Source: Alphaproteobacteria bacterium (GTDB lineage: Bacteria > Pseudomonadota > Alphaproteobacteria > RF32 > CAG-239). Taken from it: a stretch of 64,000 bases of DNA. The position numbers and the translations under genes are program-made. The stretch is taken from assembly GCA_017467515.1 (NCBI GenBank), contig JAFUSU010000004.1:621-64620 (forward strand), read 5' to 3'. Below are positions 40,985 through 49,978 of this stretch, one piece after another (the first letter of the stretch is position 1; the number at the start of each line of letters is the position of its first letter). The notes under the pieces are model-generated. The model searched no databases. It saw only the letters and a program-made list of their open reading frames with translations, and was not told the origin of the DNA.

Positions 40985-42541
40985 ATGCAGCATTACAACA
41001 ATGAGGTGATATACCAAATATATCCCCTGACATTTAATTATGCTTCCGGCAGTACAACCGACCCGTATCCCTCAGGAGCTTATGGTAATCTGAAAGGAAT
41101 TACGGCTCGGGTTGATTACATTAAATCGCTGGGAGTTGACACTATTTGGATCACACCGTTTTATTCTTCGGGTGGTCGGGGCTTTGGATACGATATTACA
41201 GATTATTGCAGTATTGATCCTAAATATGGAAACATTGATGACTTTAAAGAATTGTGTGAAGTTTTTCACGGTAAGGGAATCAAAGTTATCATTGATCAGG
41301 TGTACAACCATTGTTCTATCAAACACGAATGGTTCAAAAAAAGTGTAGAGCGTGTAGCTCCTTATGACAAGTATTTTGTGTGGGCTGATCCGGTGATGAA
41401 AAATGATAAGTTGTCACCGCCAAATAACTGGAAATCCATCTGGGATTGTTTGGGTGAAAGTGCGTGGACTTTTCATCCGACACGTGAGCAGTACTATCTG
41501 CACAGTTTTGATTGGTCTATGCCGAATTTGAACTTGAATAATCGTGAAGTTCAAGATGCCATTCTGGATGTTTCGAAGTTCTGGTTGGATTTAGGTGTGG
41601 ATGGTTTCCGTCTTGATGCCGTAACCCACTATGCGTGCGATGAACGGCTAAGGGATAACCCTCTCTATGCGGATGGAAGTCAGCAACGTTTGTATGATAT
41701 TGATTCTCCGAATGGAGCGGTATTTATCGAACGCCTTAAAAAGTTGTGTGACAGCTACGATATTCCTAAAACTTTGTTGGCGGAATATTCGTATGATAAA
41801 AGTCCTGAAGGTTTTGCCAAAGCAAAGAAAGTTTTTGAGAACAGTCGGTGTAATGCTTTCTTTACGGGTGCACTTAATGAGCATCTGGGAAAATTTAAGC
41901 AAAATATTGCCGATGAATTGAAGGTTTCTCCTTACGGTGAAAAGATCAATTGGGCCTTTTCTAATCACGATTTGGAGCGAGCTGCCTCTCGTATTTTCGG
42001 TGATCGGGTGTCTGTTCAAAAAACAAAAATGCTGATGAGCCTGCTTCTGACATTGCCCGGAAGTGTGTGTATTTATCAGGGGGAGGAACTGGGTTTACCA
42101 AATCCGGAATCTATTGATAAGTGCAAAAACAAAAAAAATGATCCGCTTGACGTTTGGACGGTTTGCAATAAACCGTGGGACGCTGGACGTGCGGGTTTTG
42201 CAATGAGTGACAGCCGAGAAGATTCGAGCCGCAAGCTGGCCTTGCATCCGGCTCCGATTCATTATCGCTACGCTGTTTCCAGACAGCGAGATGCAGAATC
42301 AATGTTGAACTTTACGCGTCAGATGATTAAGGACAGAAAGCACAGCATTTTTAACGAATATGGAAATGTCTGGTTTCTGGATTATCACGGTGATGAGGTT
42401 TATCCTTACGTACGGACCAATCAGGATGGAAGCATTAAAATCTTGTGTATCTATAATTTTAGTAGTTACGGTGCTGAAGTATGGTATGAGGGAAGACGCT
42501 ATTATCTTGAACCGGAAAGTTGGTTACACCAAAAAGTCTGA
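40985..42541 (+). CDS. GH13 alpha-glucosidase-family glycoside hydrolase, copy 1
   Basis: 518 aa with alpha-amylase family catalytic regions (GVDTIWITPFY; GYDITDY; DGFRLDAVTHY; EELGL). Confidence 0.85.
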   Translation: MQHYNNEVIYQIYPLTFNYASGSTTDPYPSGAYGNLKGITARVDYIKSLGVDTIWITPFYSSGGRGFGYDITDYCSIDPKYGNIDDFKELCEVFHGKGIKVIIDQVYNHCSIKHEWFKKSVERVAPYDKYFVWADPVMKNDKLSPPNNWKSIWDCLGESAWTFHPTREQYYLHSFDWSMPNLNLNNREVQDAILDVSKFWLDLGVDGFRLDAVTHYACDERLRDNPLYADGSQQRLYDIDSPNGAVFIERLKKLCDSYDIPKTLLAEYSYDKSPEGFAKAKKVFENSRCNAFFTGALNEHLGKFKQNIADELKVSPYGEKINWAFSNHDLERAASRIFGDRVSVQKTKMLMSLLLTLPGSVCIYQGEELGLPNPESIDKCKNKKNDPLDVWTVCNKPWDAGRAGFAMSDSREDSSRKLALHPAPIHYRYAVSRQRDAESMLNFTRQMIKDRKHSIFNEYGNVWFLDYHGDEVYPYVRTNQDGSIKILCIYNFSSYGAEVWYEGRRYYLEPESWLHQKV

Positions 42542-42545
42542 AGAA

Positions 42546-42577
42546 AACCGCTGACAATGATGTCGGCGGTTTTTTTG
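42546..42577 (+). terminator. Rho-independent terminator after GH13 copy 1
   Basis: accgctgaca-atga-tgtcggcggt hairpin followed by T7. Confidence 0.55.
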
Positions 42578-42650
42578 TTTACTTTTTATGAAGAATATGC
42601 TAATGGTCAGGCATAAAATTATTATTATGGACAATTAAAACAGTATTATT

Positions 42651-44225
42651 ATGACTAAAAAACATTTGAACAATGAGATAATCTATCAGATTTATCCATT
42701 GACTTTCGCTTATGCATCGGGAAGCAAAACCGATCTCTATCCGAGTGGGGCGTATGGTAATCTCAAAGGGATTACATCACGTGTGAAATATGTTAAAGAT
42801 CTTGGCGTTGATACCATTTGGATAACCCCTTTTTATAAGTGGGGCGGACACGGCTTCGGCTATGATATTACAGATTACCGCAGTATTGATCCGATATATG
42901 GTGATATTGATGACTTTAAGGAACTCTGTGAAGTTTACCATCATTACGGAATACGTGTCTTAATAGATCAGGTGTACAACCATTGTTCTATCTATCATCC
43001 GTGGTTTGCTGAGAGTGAAGACAAAAAATTAGGATTTGAAGATTTCTTTGTTTGGGCAGATGCCAAAGGCTTTGACGAAAAAGGTAAACCCCTTGTGCCG
43101 AACAATTGGACATCAATCTGGGACTCTTCCGGCAACAGTGCTTGGATGTGGAGTGATACAAGAAAGCAATTTTATTTGCATTCTTTTGATTGGTCTATGC
43201 CGAATTTGAACTTGAATAATCGTGAAGTTCAAAATGCCATTCTGGATGTTTCTAAATTCTGGTTTGACTTGGGTGTGGATGGTTTTCGACTTGATGCGGT
43301 GGGGCATTATGCCTGTGATCCGCTGTTGCGTGATAACGCTTTTGATGAAAAAGGCAATCCAATTCATCGCTATGACATCAATTCTCAGGGCGGTGCTGAG
43401 TTTGTCAATCGCTTAAAGCAATTATGCAACGCCTATCCCGTGCCGAAGACTTTACTTGCTGAGTATGGATATGATAAGAGCCGGCAAGGTATTGAAAATA
43501 CCAAAAAAATTTTGGCAGAAAGTCGTTGCGATGCCTTTTTTACTTTTGCGTTAAAGTTAAACGGAGGTCTAAAAACGCTAGGAACCACGTTGCAAAATGA
43601 AATGCGCATTTCTCCGAATGGAGAAAAGTTGAACTGGGCTTTCAGTAATCACGATTTAGAACGTGCCCCGAGCCGTCTTTTTGGCAATCAATATTCCGTA
43701 CGGAAAAGTAAATTATTGATGGCTTTGTTGATGACTTTGCCGGGAAGTATCTGCATATTTCAGGGTGAGGAGCTGGGATTGCCGAACCCGAAGACGATGG
43801 CGGAATGCAAAAATCCAGCCAACGATCCTTTGGATATTTGGACTGACTATGACAGCCCGTGGGATGCCAGTCGAGCAGGTTTTGCGATGAGTGATAGCCT
43901 GCAGGATCCAAGCCGTAAGCTGGCATTACACCCCTCTGAGGATCAGTATAAATATGCTGTTTCCCGACAAAAATGGGATAGTGATTCAATGCTGAATTAT
44001 ACCAAGGATTGGATTCGTTTCCGTAAGGAAAGTCCTTTTTTCAGACGCTATGGTAATATCATACCGCTCAGGGTTAAAAAGGCAAATGTAATTGCTTTTG
44101 TTCGTACAGATGCGGATGATAACTCACGTTGCCTTTGTATTTTTAACTTCAACAAATATCCTGTTGAAGTGAAATATAAAGGGAAGCGGCATATTGTCCG
44201 AGGAGAAGATTATATCCTTGATTAA
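42651..44225 (+). CDS. GH13 alpha-glucosidase-family glycoside hydrolase, copy 2 (tandem paralog)
   Basis: 524 aa with the same architecture as copy 1. Roughly 60-65 % identical by eye, with patches of near-identical nucleotide sequence. Confidence 0.85.
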   Translation: MTKKHLNNEIIYQIYPLTFAYASGSKTDLYPSGAYGNLKGITSRVKYVKDLGVDTIWITPFYKWGGHGFGYDITDYRSIDPIYGDIDDFKELCEVYHHYGIRVLIDQVYNHCSIYHPWFAESEDKKLGFEDFFVWADAKGFDEKGKPLVPNNWTSIWDSSGNSAWMWSDTRKQFYLHSFDWSMPNLNLNNREVQNAILDVSKFWFDLGVDGFRLDAVGHYACDPLLRDNAFDEKGNPIHRYDINSQGGAEFVNRLKQLCNAYPVPKTLLAEYGYDKSRQGIENTKKILAESRCDAFFTFALKLNGGLKTLGTTLQNEMRISPNGEKLNWAFSNHDLERAPSRLFGNQYSVRKSKLLMALLMTLPGSICIFQGEELGLPNPKTMAECKNPANDPLDIWTDYDSPWDASRAGFAMSDSLQDPSRKLALHPSEDQYKYAVSRQKWDSDSMLNYTKDWIRFRKESPFFRRYGNIIPLRVKKANVIAFVRTDADDNSRCLCIFNFNKYPVEVKYKGKRHIVRGEDYILD

Positions 44226-44226
44226 T

Positions 44227-44259
44227 AAAAACCGCTGGCAGAAATGTCAGCGGTTTTTG
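44227..44259. terminator. Bidirectional terminator between GH13 copy 2 and the M20 peptidase gene
   Basis: aaaaccgctggca-gaaatgtc-agcggttttt. Nearly the same hairpin as the terminator after copy 1. Confidence 0.55.
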
Positions 44260-44264
44260 TATTT

Positions 44265-45371
44265 TTAATTTTTAGCCAATTTACTTAAAAATTTAATTTG
44301 AATGTCGGCTAATTTTTTGACGCTGTCGATGACGACATACTCTCCGCTGGCATGCATTCCCTCGCCGGTGCCGGAGTGCATAATAACAATTGAACCTTTG
44401 ACAGCAAAAGATCGAGAATCCGTTGCGCCACCGATGTGTTCAAATTCGATTTTTTGCCCCAATATATTTTCGGCAAAAGCTTTATAGTCAAGGATATACG
44501 GGTTGTTTTCATCCATAACGACAGGGGTGCTTTCGGAAACAATTTTGTAAGAAACGCCTTTTTCCATACATTTATCAAGATTTTTCCTTAAATCGTCAAC
44601 GCTTGACGTTTCTGTTAGTCTGAAATCGCAAAGAGCTTCGGCATGATTAGAAATAATATTAGAAACTTCACCGCCTTTTATGCTTGCAAAATGAACGGTA
44701 TCTTGCCATTTGTCTGCCGGCTCAGGAAGTTCTTTGGAGAAATAAGGATAAATTTTACGGATATTAGCGCAGGTCATCATTAATTTTTCATTAGCGTCAA
44801 TTCCCTCCCACGGAGTAGAGCCGTGAGCCTCTAATCCTTCGGCAATAAGTTTAACGAAAACAGGATTTTTGCATTTGCTGACAATTTTAAGAATATCGCC
44901 GCCGACATCATTGTCCAAGACGATTTTGGCGTTAATATCAGGATGGGCATTCATAAAAGCATGCATACTGGCACTGCCCTTTTCCTCATCTGTTGAGAGA
45001 ATAATGCCGAAATTAAGGTCAAGATTGTTTTCTAAAACATAAAACATCGAATTAAAGGCAACGGCGGCAAAGGATTTCATATCCAAGGTCCCTCGTCCGA
45101 ACATCTTACCGTCTTTAATATAAGGCTTAAACATATCATCAGACGCAGGAACAACATCAAGATGGCCCAGAACAACAACATCGAAATCCGCGACATCACG
45201 ATTTCTGATGAACAAAACGGGAGAGGTTCCTTTGAAGTGACAAACATCAACTTTAGCTTTGCTGTCCTTAAAGAGATTTCGGCAGTAGTCCATACACTTG
45301 TCAATTTCCGCTAAATTGCCTGTTTCCGTTCTGATTTGGATCAGGTCCTGAATAGTTTCAAGTAAATTCAT
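44265..45371 (-). CDS. M20-family metallopeptidase (ArgE/DapE-like)
   Basis: 368 aa with M20 motifs (VVLGHLDVVP; GRGTLDMK; dimerisation domain). Confidence 0.8.
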   Translation of the reverse strand: MNLLETIQDLIQIRTETGNLAEIDKCMDYCRNLFKDSKAKVDVCHFKGTSPVLFIRNRDVADFDVVVLGHLDVVPASDDMFKPYIKDGKMFGRGTLDMKSFAAVAFNSMFYVLENNLDLNFGIILSTDEEKGSASMHAFMNAHPDINAKIVLDNDVGGDILKIVSKCKNPVFVKLIAEGLEAHGSTPWEGIDANEKLMMTCANIRKIYPYFSKELPEPADKWQDTVHFASIKGGEVSNIISNHAEALCDFRLTETSSVDDLRKNLDKCMEKGVSYKIVSESTPVVMDENNPYILDYKAFAENILGQKIEFEHIGGATDSRSFAVKGSIVIMHSGTGEGMHASGEYVVIDSVKKLADIQIKFLSKLAKN

Positions 45372-45460
45372 TTCTATTTTCCTTCAAGTTTTACGTTTTA
45401 TTCACAATCTTATTATATAATAGAGATAATATGATAAAAAAATAATTAAAAGGGAACAAA

Positions 45461-45973
45461 ATGAAAAGAGTTTTCTTAAATATGATATTGGCTGCACTGA
45501 TTGCCGTGCCTAGTGTAAAAGCAGAGCCGCTGCCTGATGACGGAGAAACAGGGTTAGCTCTGCCGAGAATGGTTTCTTTGCGTTCAAATCTGGTTAATGC
45601 CCGATCCGGTCCGGGAGCCAGATATCCTATTTCTTGGGTTTATCGCCAAAAATATGCGCCGGTAGAAATTGTGGCAGAGTTTGAATTGTGGCGGAAGGTA
45701 AAAGACTGGAAAGGGGCTGAATCGTGGGTGCATAAACAAATGCTGACAGGTAAGAGGACAGCTAAATTGATAACACCGGGAGAAAGTAATGTTTATGACG
45801 AGCCGGATTATGAAAGTAAAGTTATTGCCAAAGCAGAAGAAGAAGTTGTCGGTATTGTCAAAAAATGTCCGGCAGGGAATGCCTTTTGCTTGATTAATTT
45901 TGAAAATACCATAGAAGGATGGGTTCCCAAGAATAATTTATTCGGAATTTATCCGGACGAAGTTATTGATTAA
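45461..45973 (+). CDS. Secreted protein with two bacterial SH3 (SH3b) domains
   Basis: Signal peptide MKRVFLNMILAALIAVPSVKA. Two SH3b-like repeats (ARSGPGARYPISWVY...; ESNVYDEPDYESKVIAK...). Confidence 0.6.
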   Translation: MKRVFLNMILAALIAVPSVKAEPLPDDGETGLALPRMVSLRSNLVNARSGPGARYPISWVYRQKYAPVEIVAEFELWRKVKDWKGAESWVHKQMLTGKRTAKLITPGESNVYDEPDYESKVIAKAEEEVVGIVKKCPAGNAFCLINFENTIEGWVPKNNLFGIYPDEVID

Positions 45974-45983
45974 TCAAAAGAAC

Positions 45984-46069
45984 CTCTCTTCATTTTAGAT
46001 AAAAAACTGTGCATAAAAATATATGTGCTTGCCAAGAGTCGCAGTTTATTTTATCTAAAATGAGAGGGG
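45984..46069. repeat. Long inverted repeat (about 20-bp arms, 43-bp spacer) upstream of the cluster's first gene
   Basis: Left arm cctctcttcattttagataaaa (45984-46005). Right arm ttttatctaaaatgagagggg (46049-46069), which overlaps the GAGAGGGG RBS of the 46078 gene. Confidence 0.5.
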
Positions 46070-46077
46070 TTTAATTT

Positions 46078-47625
46078 ATGAATAAAACAGGGTTTAAAAC
46101 TTTTGTTTTTAGTTTTGTTTTAACGCTGTCTGTCATTTTATATGCGGGCAGAGCGTATTTATATACCCCCGAAACGACTAAGGAACAGATTGTTATTCCT
46201 CGCAAAAATATTGCATTATTTTTTAGTCGCCCTCAATCTCAAGTTGTTTCTTCAAAAGTGGAGCCGGTACAAAGAACTGCCCTTAACCCCCCGAAAATTA
46301 AGCGTGAAAAGCTTAAAATCGTGCAGAATCTTCCGAAAGCTCCGTTGAAAGAACAAACTGCTTCCGAAACAAAAAAGTTGCCGGAAACAGATATTATTCC
46401 TCTGGAGATTGAGAAAAAAAATATCCCTTCTTCGCCTGGGTCGAAAAAAGATATTCCTGATGTTCCTCTGATTTATGCCGGAAATGAAAAGATTTTGCAA
46501 CCGATGGGAAATGCTCAGCAAAAAGTTGCTGAAAATGTTGAACCTATGCAGGTGGCGTCCGCGGCAGAAATCACGGAGCCGGAGCCGATGATGCAGCCGA
46601 TTGTCATAAAGGGAACCAGACAAATTATTAAGATAGACAATGTAAAAAAACGCCAAGAAAGGCTGAAAAAAGAACTGAAAGCTCAAGAGAATGTTTTTCC
46701 TGATGAGGAAAAACAGTTCGTTTATGAAGCAGAGGATAGTACTGTCCTTTCTCATAAAACAGATGCACCTGAAGAAAATCAGATTGCGAATTTAGGCGAA
46801 GAATTGCCTTTGAATGTCGCTGAAAATCAGCTTATTAATGATAATGATGATGAAAAGCGGGAATGGCAGACAATGGCTGAAAAACACCAAGATGAAAATC
46901 CTTGGATGGTCGCAAGAGGAAGCAAGTTTGTTAAAAATAAACAAATTTTAGAGGAGGAGTTTTCTTCGGAAAGTGCAAAACAAAAGGCAGAAATCCTGAT
47001 TCCCGAAGAAAAAACAACAGCTTCCGCAAAAGTGGCCGTTCAGGATAATTTGCTGATTCCAATACCGCAAGAACTGCTGGATGAAGATGATTTGGTGCCG
47101 AATATTGATGAGGATGGAACGAAAAAACAATCTCCGGTCTTTAAGAAAAAGAAGGACAAATCGTTTTTTGATAACATAACCTCTGTTTTTTCTAAGGAAA
47201 ACAGAGAAAAAGCCATCAAAAAACTCAAAGAAAAAAGGGCAAAACTGGTTGGCTCTGAAGGTGAGGATAGTATTCGACCTCAAATTTTACCAACCGAAAT
47301 AAGGCTTTCTTTTCAACCTAATCGGGCCGAAATTTCAGGAACAACCTTAAAATGGATTCAGGCATTTGCCAGAAAAGCATCAGAAGAGTCTGATGTGGGG
47401 TTGGAGATTAGAATAGACGGTTCTCATTCTTTTGAACTGCAACAAAAAAGGCTGAATTTGCTTTATAATATTCTGACAATGAACGATGTCCCTTATCAAA
47501 AAATAAATACAATGTTTGTTGAGCGGGAGCCTAATTCATTCGTTGTTAGAACGGTAAAAATATTAAGCGAAAAAGATAAAAAAAAGGAGGATGACAGTTG
47601 GAAAAAATATTATCAAAAGTGGTAA
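46078..47625 (+). CDS. Hypothetical membrane-anchored Pro/Lys/Glu-rich protein with a possible OmpA/MotB-like C-terminal fold
   Basis: N-terminal TM helix, long charged low-complexity region, C-terminal block IRIDGSHSF...QKRLNLLYNILTMNDVPYQKINTMFVER loosely like peptidoglycan-binding OmpA_C domains. Co-directional with and directly upstream of the pilus-like cluster. Confidence 0.45.
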   Translation: MNKTGFKTFVFSFVLTLSVILYAGRAYLYTPETTKEQIVIPRKNIALFFSRPQSQVVSSKVEPVQRTALNPPKIKREKLKIVQNLPKAPLKEQTASETKKLPETDIIPLEIEKKNIPSSPGSKKDIPDVPLIYAGNEKILQPMGNAQQKVAENVEPMQVASAAEITEPEPMMQPIVIKGTRQIIKIDNVKKRQERLKKELKAQENVFPDEEKQFVYEAEDSTVLSHKTDAPEENQIANLGEELPLNVAENQLINDNDDEKREWQTMAEKHQDENPWMVARGSKFVKNKQILEEEFSSESAKQKAEILIPEEKTTASAKVAVQDNLLIPIPQELLDEDDLVPNIDEDGTKKQSPVFKKKKDKSFFDNITSVFSKENREKAIKKLKEKRAKLVGSEGEDSIRPQILPTEIRLSFQPNRAEISGTTLKWIQAFARKASEESDVGLEIRIDGSHSFELQQKRLNLLYNILTMNDVPYQKINTMFVEREPNSFVVRTVKILSEKDKKKEDDSWKKYYQKW

Positions 47626-47728
47626 CTTATTGTAATTGGTAATAAGTCGGTGTCCGTGCTTGATTATTTATTTTTCCAAATGTATGATAAAAAAAATTAT
47701 GCCAAAAAACGTTTTAGGAACTTTAAAA

Positions 47729-48352
47729 ATGAGTATAAAATACAAACTATGCATTGTTTTAATGGGAGCGTTGGTGTCAGGTTGTATGGGAACTTTGACG
47801 CAGCCTGTGAATTTACCGGATGATCCGGATTGTGTTGAAACCGTTCCTGCCGGACCGAGTGACGGAAAGTCTGAGTTTGTAAGTTATACAGATGTTGCAG
47901 CCGATTATCGTCAATACGGAGAAAGAACACCGCGAGATCAAAATGTTGTCAGAACGGGTGCCGGAAGCAATATGTCCGCATCTATTCCGCCGTCTGTTGA
48001 TGAAGAGGTTGAAGAGTATGATGTGACAGTTGCTGAGGAAGATGAAGACGGTGACGGCACTGGCCCCCAAAATCAAGAAGATCCTGTAGAAGATTGGTTG
48101 GCAGAAGAAGGGCAAAATTTAAAAGATCTTTTGAGTGAATGGAGCGATAGGGCCGGCTGGAGATTGGTTTGGAAGACAAATCGTAATTATCCTTTGACGG
48201 CAGGGGCGATGTTTAGAGGTCGGTTTGCAGATGCAAGTGCCGCTTTAATCAGAACATTTGCGCGAGCAAAGCCTGCTCCTATTGCTACCTTTTATAAGGG
48301 AAATAGAGTTTTAGTTGTTGAAACAATGGAGGACGAAAATGCTTTTGAATAA
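47729..48352 (+). CDS. PilL-like lipoprotein (TcpQ-like C-terminal domain)
   Basis: Lipobox LVSGC. C-terminal W-rich block WSDRAGWRLVWKTNRNYPLTAGAMFRGRFADASAALIRTF...NRVLVV resembling the TcpQ/PilL domain. Position corresponds to pilL in R64/PAPI-1 pilL-N-O-P-Q-R-S. Confidence 0.45.
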   Translation: MSIKYKLCIVLMGALVSGCMGTLTQPVNLPDDPDCVETVPAGPSDGKSEFVSYTDVAADYRQYGERTPRDQNVVRTGAGSNMSASIPPSVDEEVEEYDVTVAEEDEDGDGTGPQNQEDPVEDWLAEEGQNLKDLLSEWSDRAGWRLVWKTNRNYPLTAGAMFRGRFADASAALIRTFARAKPAPIATFYKGNRVLVVETMEDENAFE

Positions 48353-49958
48353 ATTGACAAGTAATGTCTTTGTTGCGACTTTAGGCATAATGTTGATGTC
48401 CTCTTGTTCCATCTCAACGGAAATGGACGCGACAATGGATCGTGATATAGATAAAACCACGGCTTTGAGTGAACGAGCAAAAGTTCCGGCAAAACCGATT
48501 GATGAAGATGTTGTTCGTGTTAAAAATGATATTTGGTTGGGTGATGTCAGTGAAATAGAGTATGACGGACAGCCCTTGCCTGCTAATTTTGAAACGAAGG
48601 ACGGTGTAACTTTAATCAGTAATCGTCCGATTACGCTTTATGAAATCGGTGATATGATTAGTAAAATTACCTCTTTGAGAGTAAGTTTTGCCGGTAATAT
48701 GGATCAAGAAGCTCGTAAGACGGCGACAAGCAATCGTCCTAATCCGAAGAATGTAAATGTTGATTGGACAGAGCCGAATAAAATGCTTGTTTCCTATAGA
48801 GGTCCTTTGAGTGGGTTGCTTGATGAAATTGGTTCTCGTTTCGGTATTTGGTGGAAATATGATAAAAAAGAAATCCATTTTTATAAAAATATTACAAGAA
48901 CGTTTGTTTTGTACAGTTTGCCGAGTGAGCCGAGTATGAATGTGACTGTTGGCGGTTCATCTAACGGTAGCGGTGCAAGCAACTCCTTAACAATGACCAA
49001 TGCGGCAAAACTTGAATTTTGGAAGAACATTGAGGAATCAATTAAGTCAATGATTGATTCAAAGGCAAAAATCAGTATGGACCCTTCAAATGGTACGGTT
49101 GCCGTGACAGCTGATCCGAATGATATTAAAAAGGTTGCTAAATTTATCAATGAACAAAACGCAAGATTGTCGCGTCAAGTTGCTATCAGCGTAAAAGTTT
49201 TGCAGGTTAATGTTGATGATAGTGACAAATTTAATCTCGACTTAGCTGCGGCCTTTAAGGATCCGGCAGGAGGAAGTTTCGGTATAGCGGGAGTTGCAGG
49301 TTCTGCTGATGTAACGGATAATTTAACTTTGAATTTGGTTCCGAAGAATGTTAGTATTGACGCGGCTATTCAGGCATTGTCTAAACAAACAACGACGACG
49401 CTTATTACAAGCGGTACTGTAACAACCTTAAACAATAAGCCGGCTCCGATTCAGGTTGTAAAGAAACAGAACTATATCTCTGAAATAACAAAAACAAATA
49501 GTGGCGGTGATTCTAATTACTATGATATTTCTACGGAAACGGAAGAAATAGAAACCGGCTTTACGATGAATGTCTTGCCTCGTATTTTGGAACACGGTCG
49601 TGTTATGATGATGTTTAATTTAACGTTATCTGATTTGTTGTCATTGGATAAAGTCAATCTTGATGATGGTTCATCTTCTGAGGAAGGAGGATCAGGCGGT
49701 CAATATATTCAAAATCCGGTTGTTGAATCCAGAGGTTTCTCTCAGGAAGTTGTTATGACATCGGGTCAATCTCTGGTCTTGACCGGTTACGAGCGTGTTG
49801 AAAATACAACGGAAAAGACAGGTGTCGGTTCGGCAACAAATTCTTTGCTTGGCGGTGGTGCTGACGCTGCAAAAGTAAGAAGTATGTTGGTGATTATTTT
49901 AACGCCGGTCGTTTTGGAATCTCCGTTAAATCCGGAATCGAGAATGCATAACATCTAG
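48339..49958 (+). CDS. PilN-like outer-membrane lipoprotein secretin (type IVb pilus type)
   Basis: Lipobox LMSSC. C-terminal secretin-like region (VVMTSGQSLVLTGYE ... TNSLLGGGADAAKVRSMLVIILTPVVLE ~ secretin GGL...PLLG...LLIFITP). About 540 aa like R64 PilN. 14-nt overlap with the upstream gene. Confidence 0.7.
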   Translation: MLLNKLTSNVFVATLGIMLMSSCSISTEMDATMDRDIDKTTALSERAKVPAKPIDEDVVRVKNDIWLGDVSEIEYDGQPLPANFETKDGVTLISNRPITLYEIGDMISKITSLRVSFAGNMDQEARKTATSNRPNPKNVNVDWTEPNKMLVSYRGPLSGLLDEIGSRFGIWWKYDKKEIHFYKNITRTFVLYSLPSEPSMNVTVGGSSNGSGASNSLTMTNAAKLEFWKNIEESIKSMIDSKAKISMDPSNGTVAVTADPNDIKKVAKFINEQNARLSRQVAISVKVLQVNVDDSDKFNLDLAAAFKDPAGGSFGIAGVAGSADVTDNLTLNLVPKNVSIDAAIQALSKQTTTTLITSGTVTTLNNKPAPIQVVKKQNYISEITKTNSGGDSNYYDISTETEEIETGFTMNVLPRILEHGRVMMMFNLTLSDLLSLDKVNLDDGSSSEEGGSGGQYIQNPVVESRGFSQEVVMTSGQSLVLTGYERVENTTEKTGVGSATNSLLGGGADAAKVRSMLVIILTPVVLESPLNPESRMHNI

Positions 49959-49978
49959 CAGTAAGAAAGGATAGAAAA

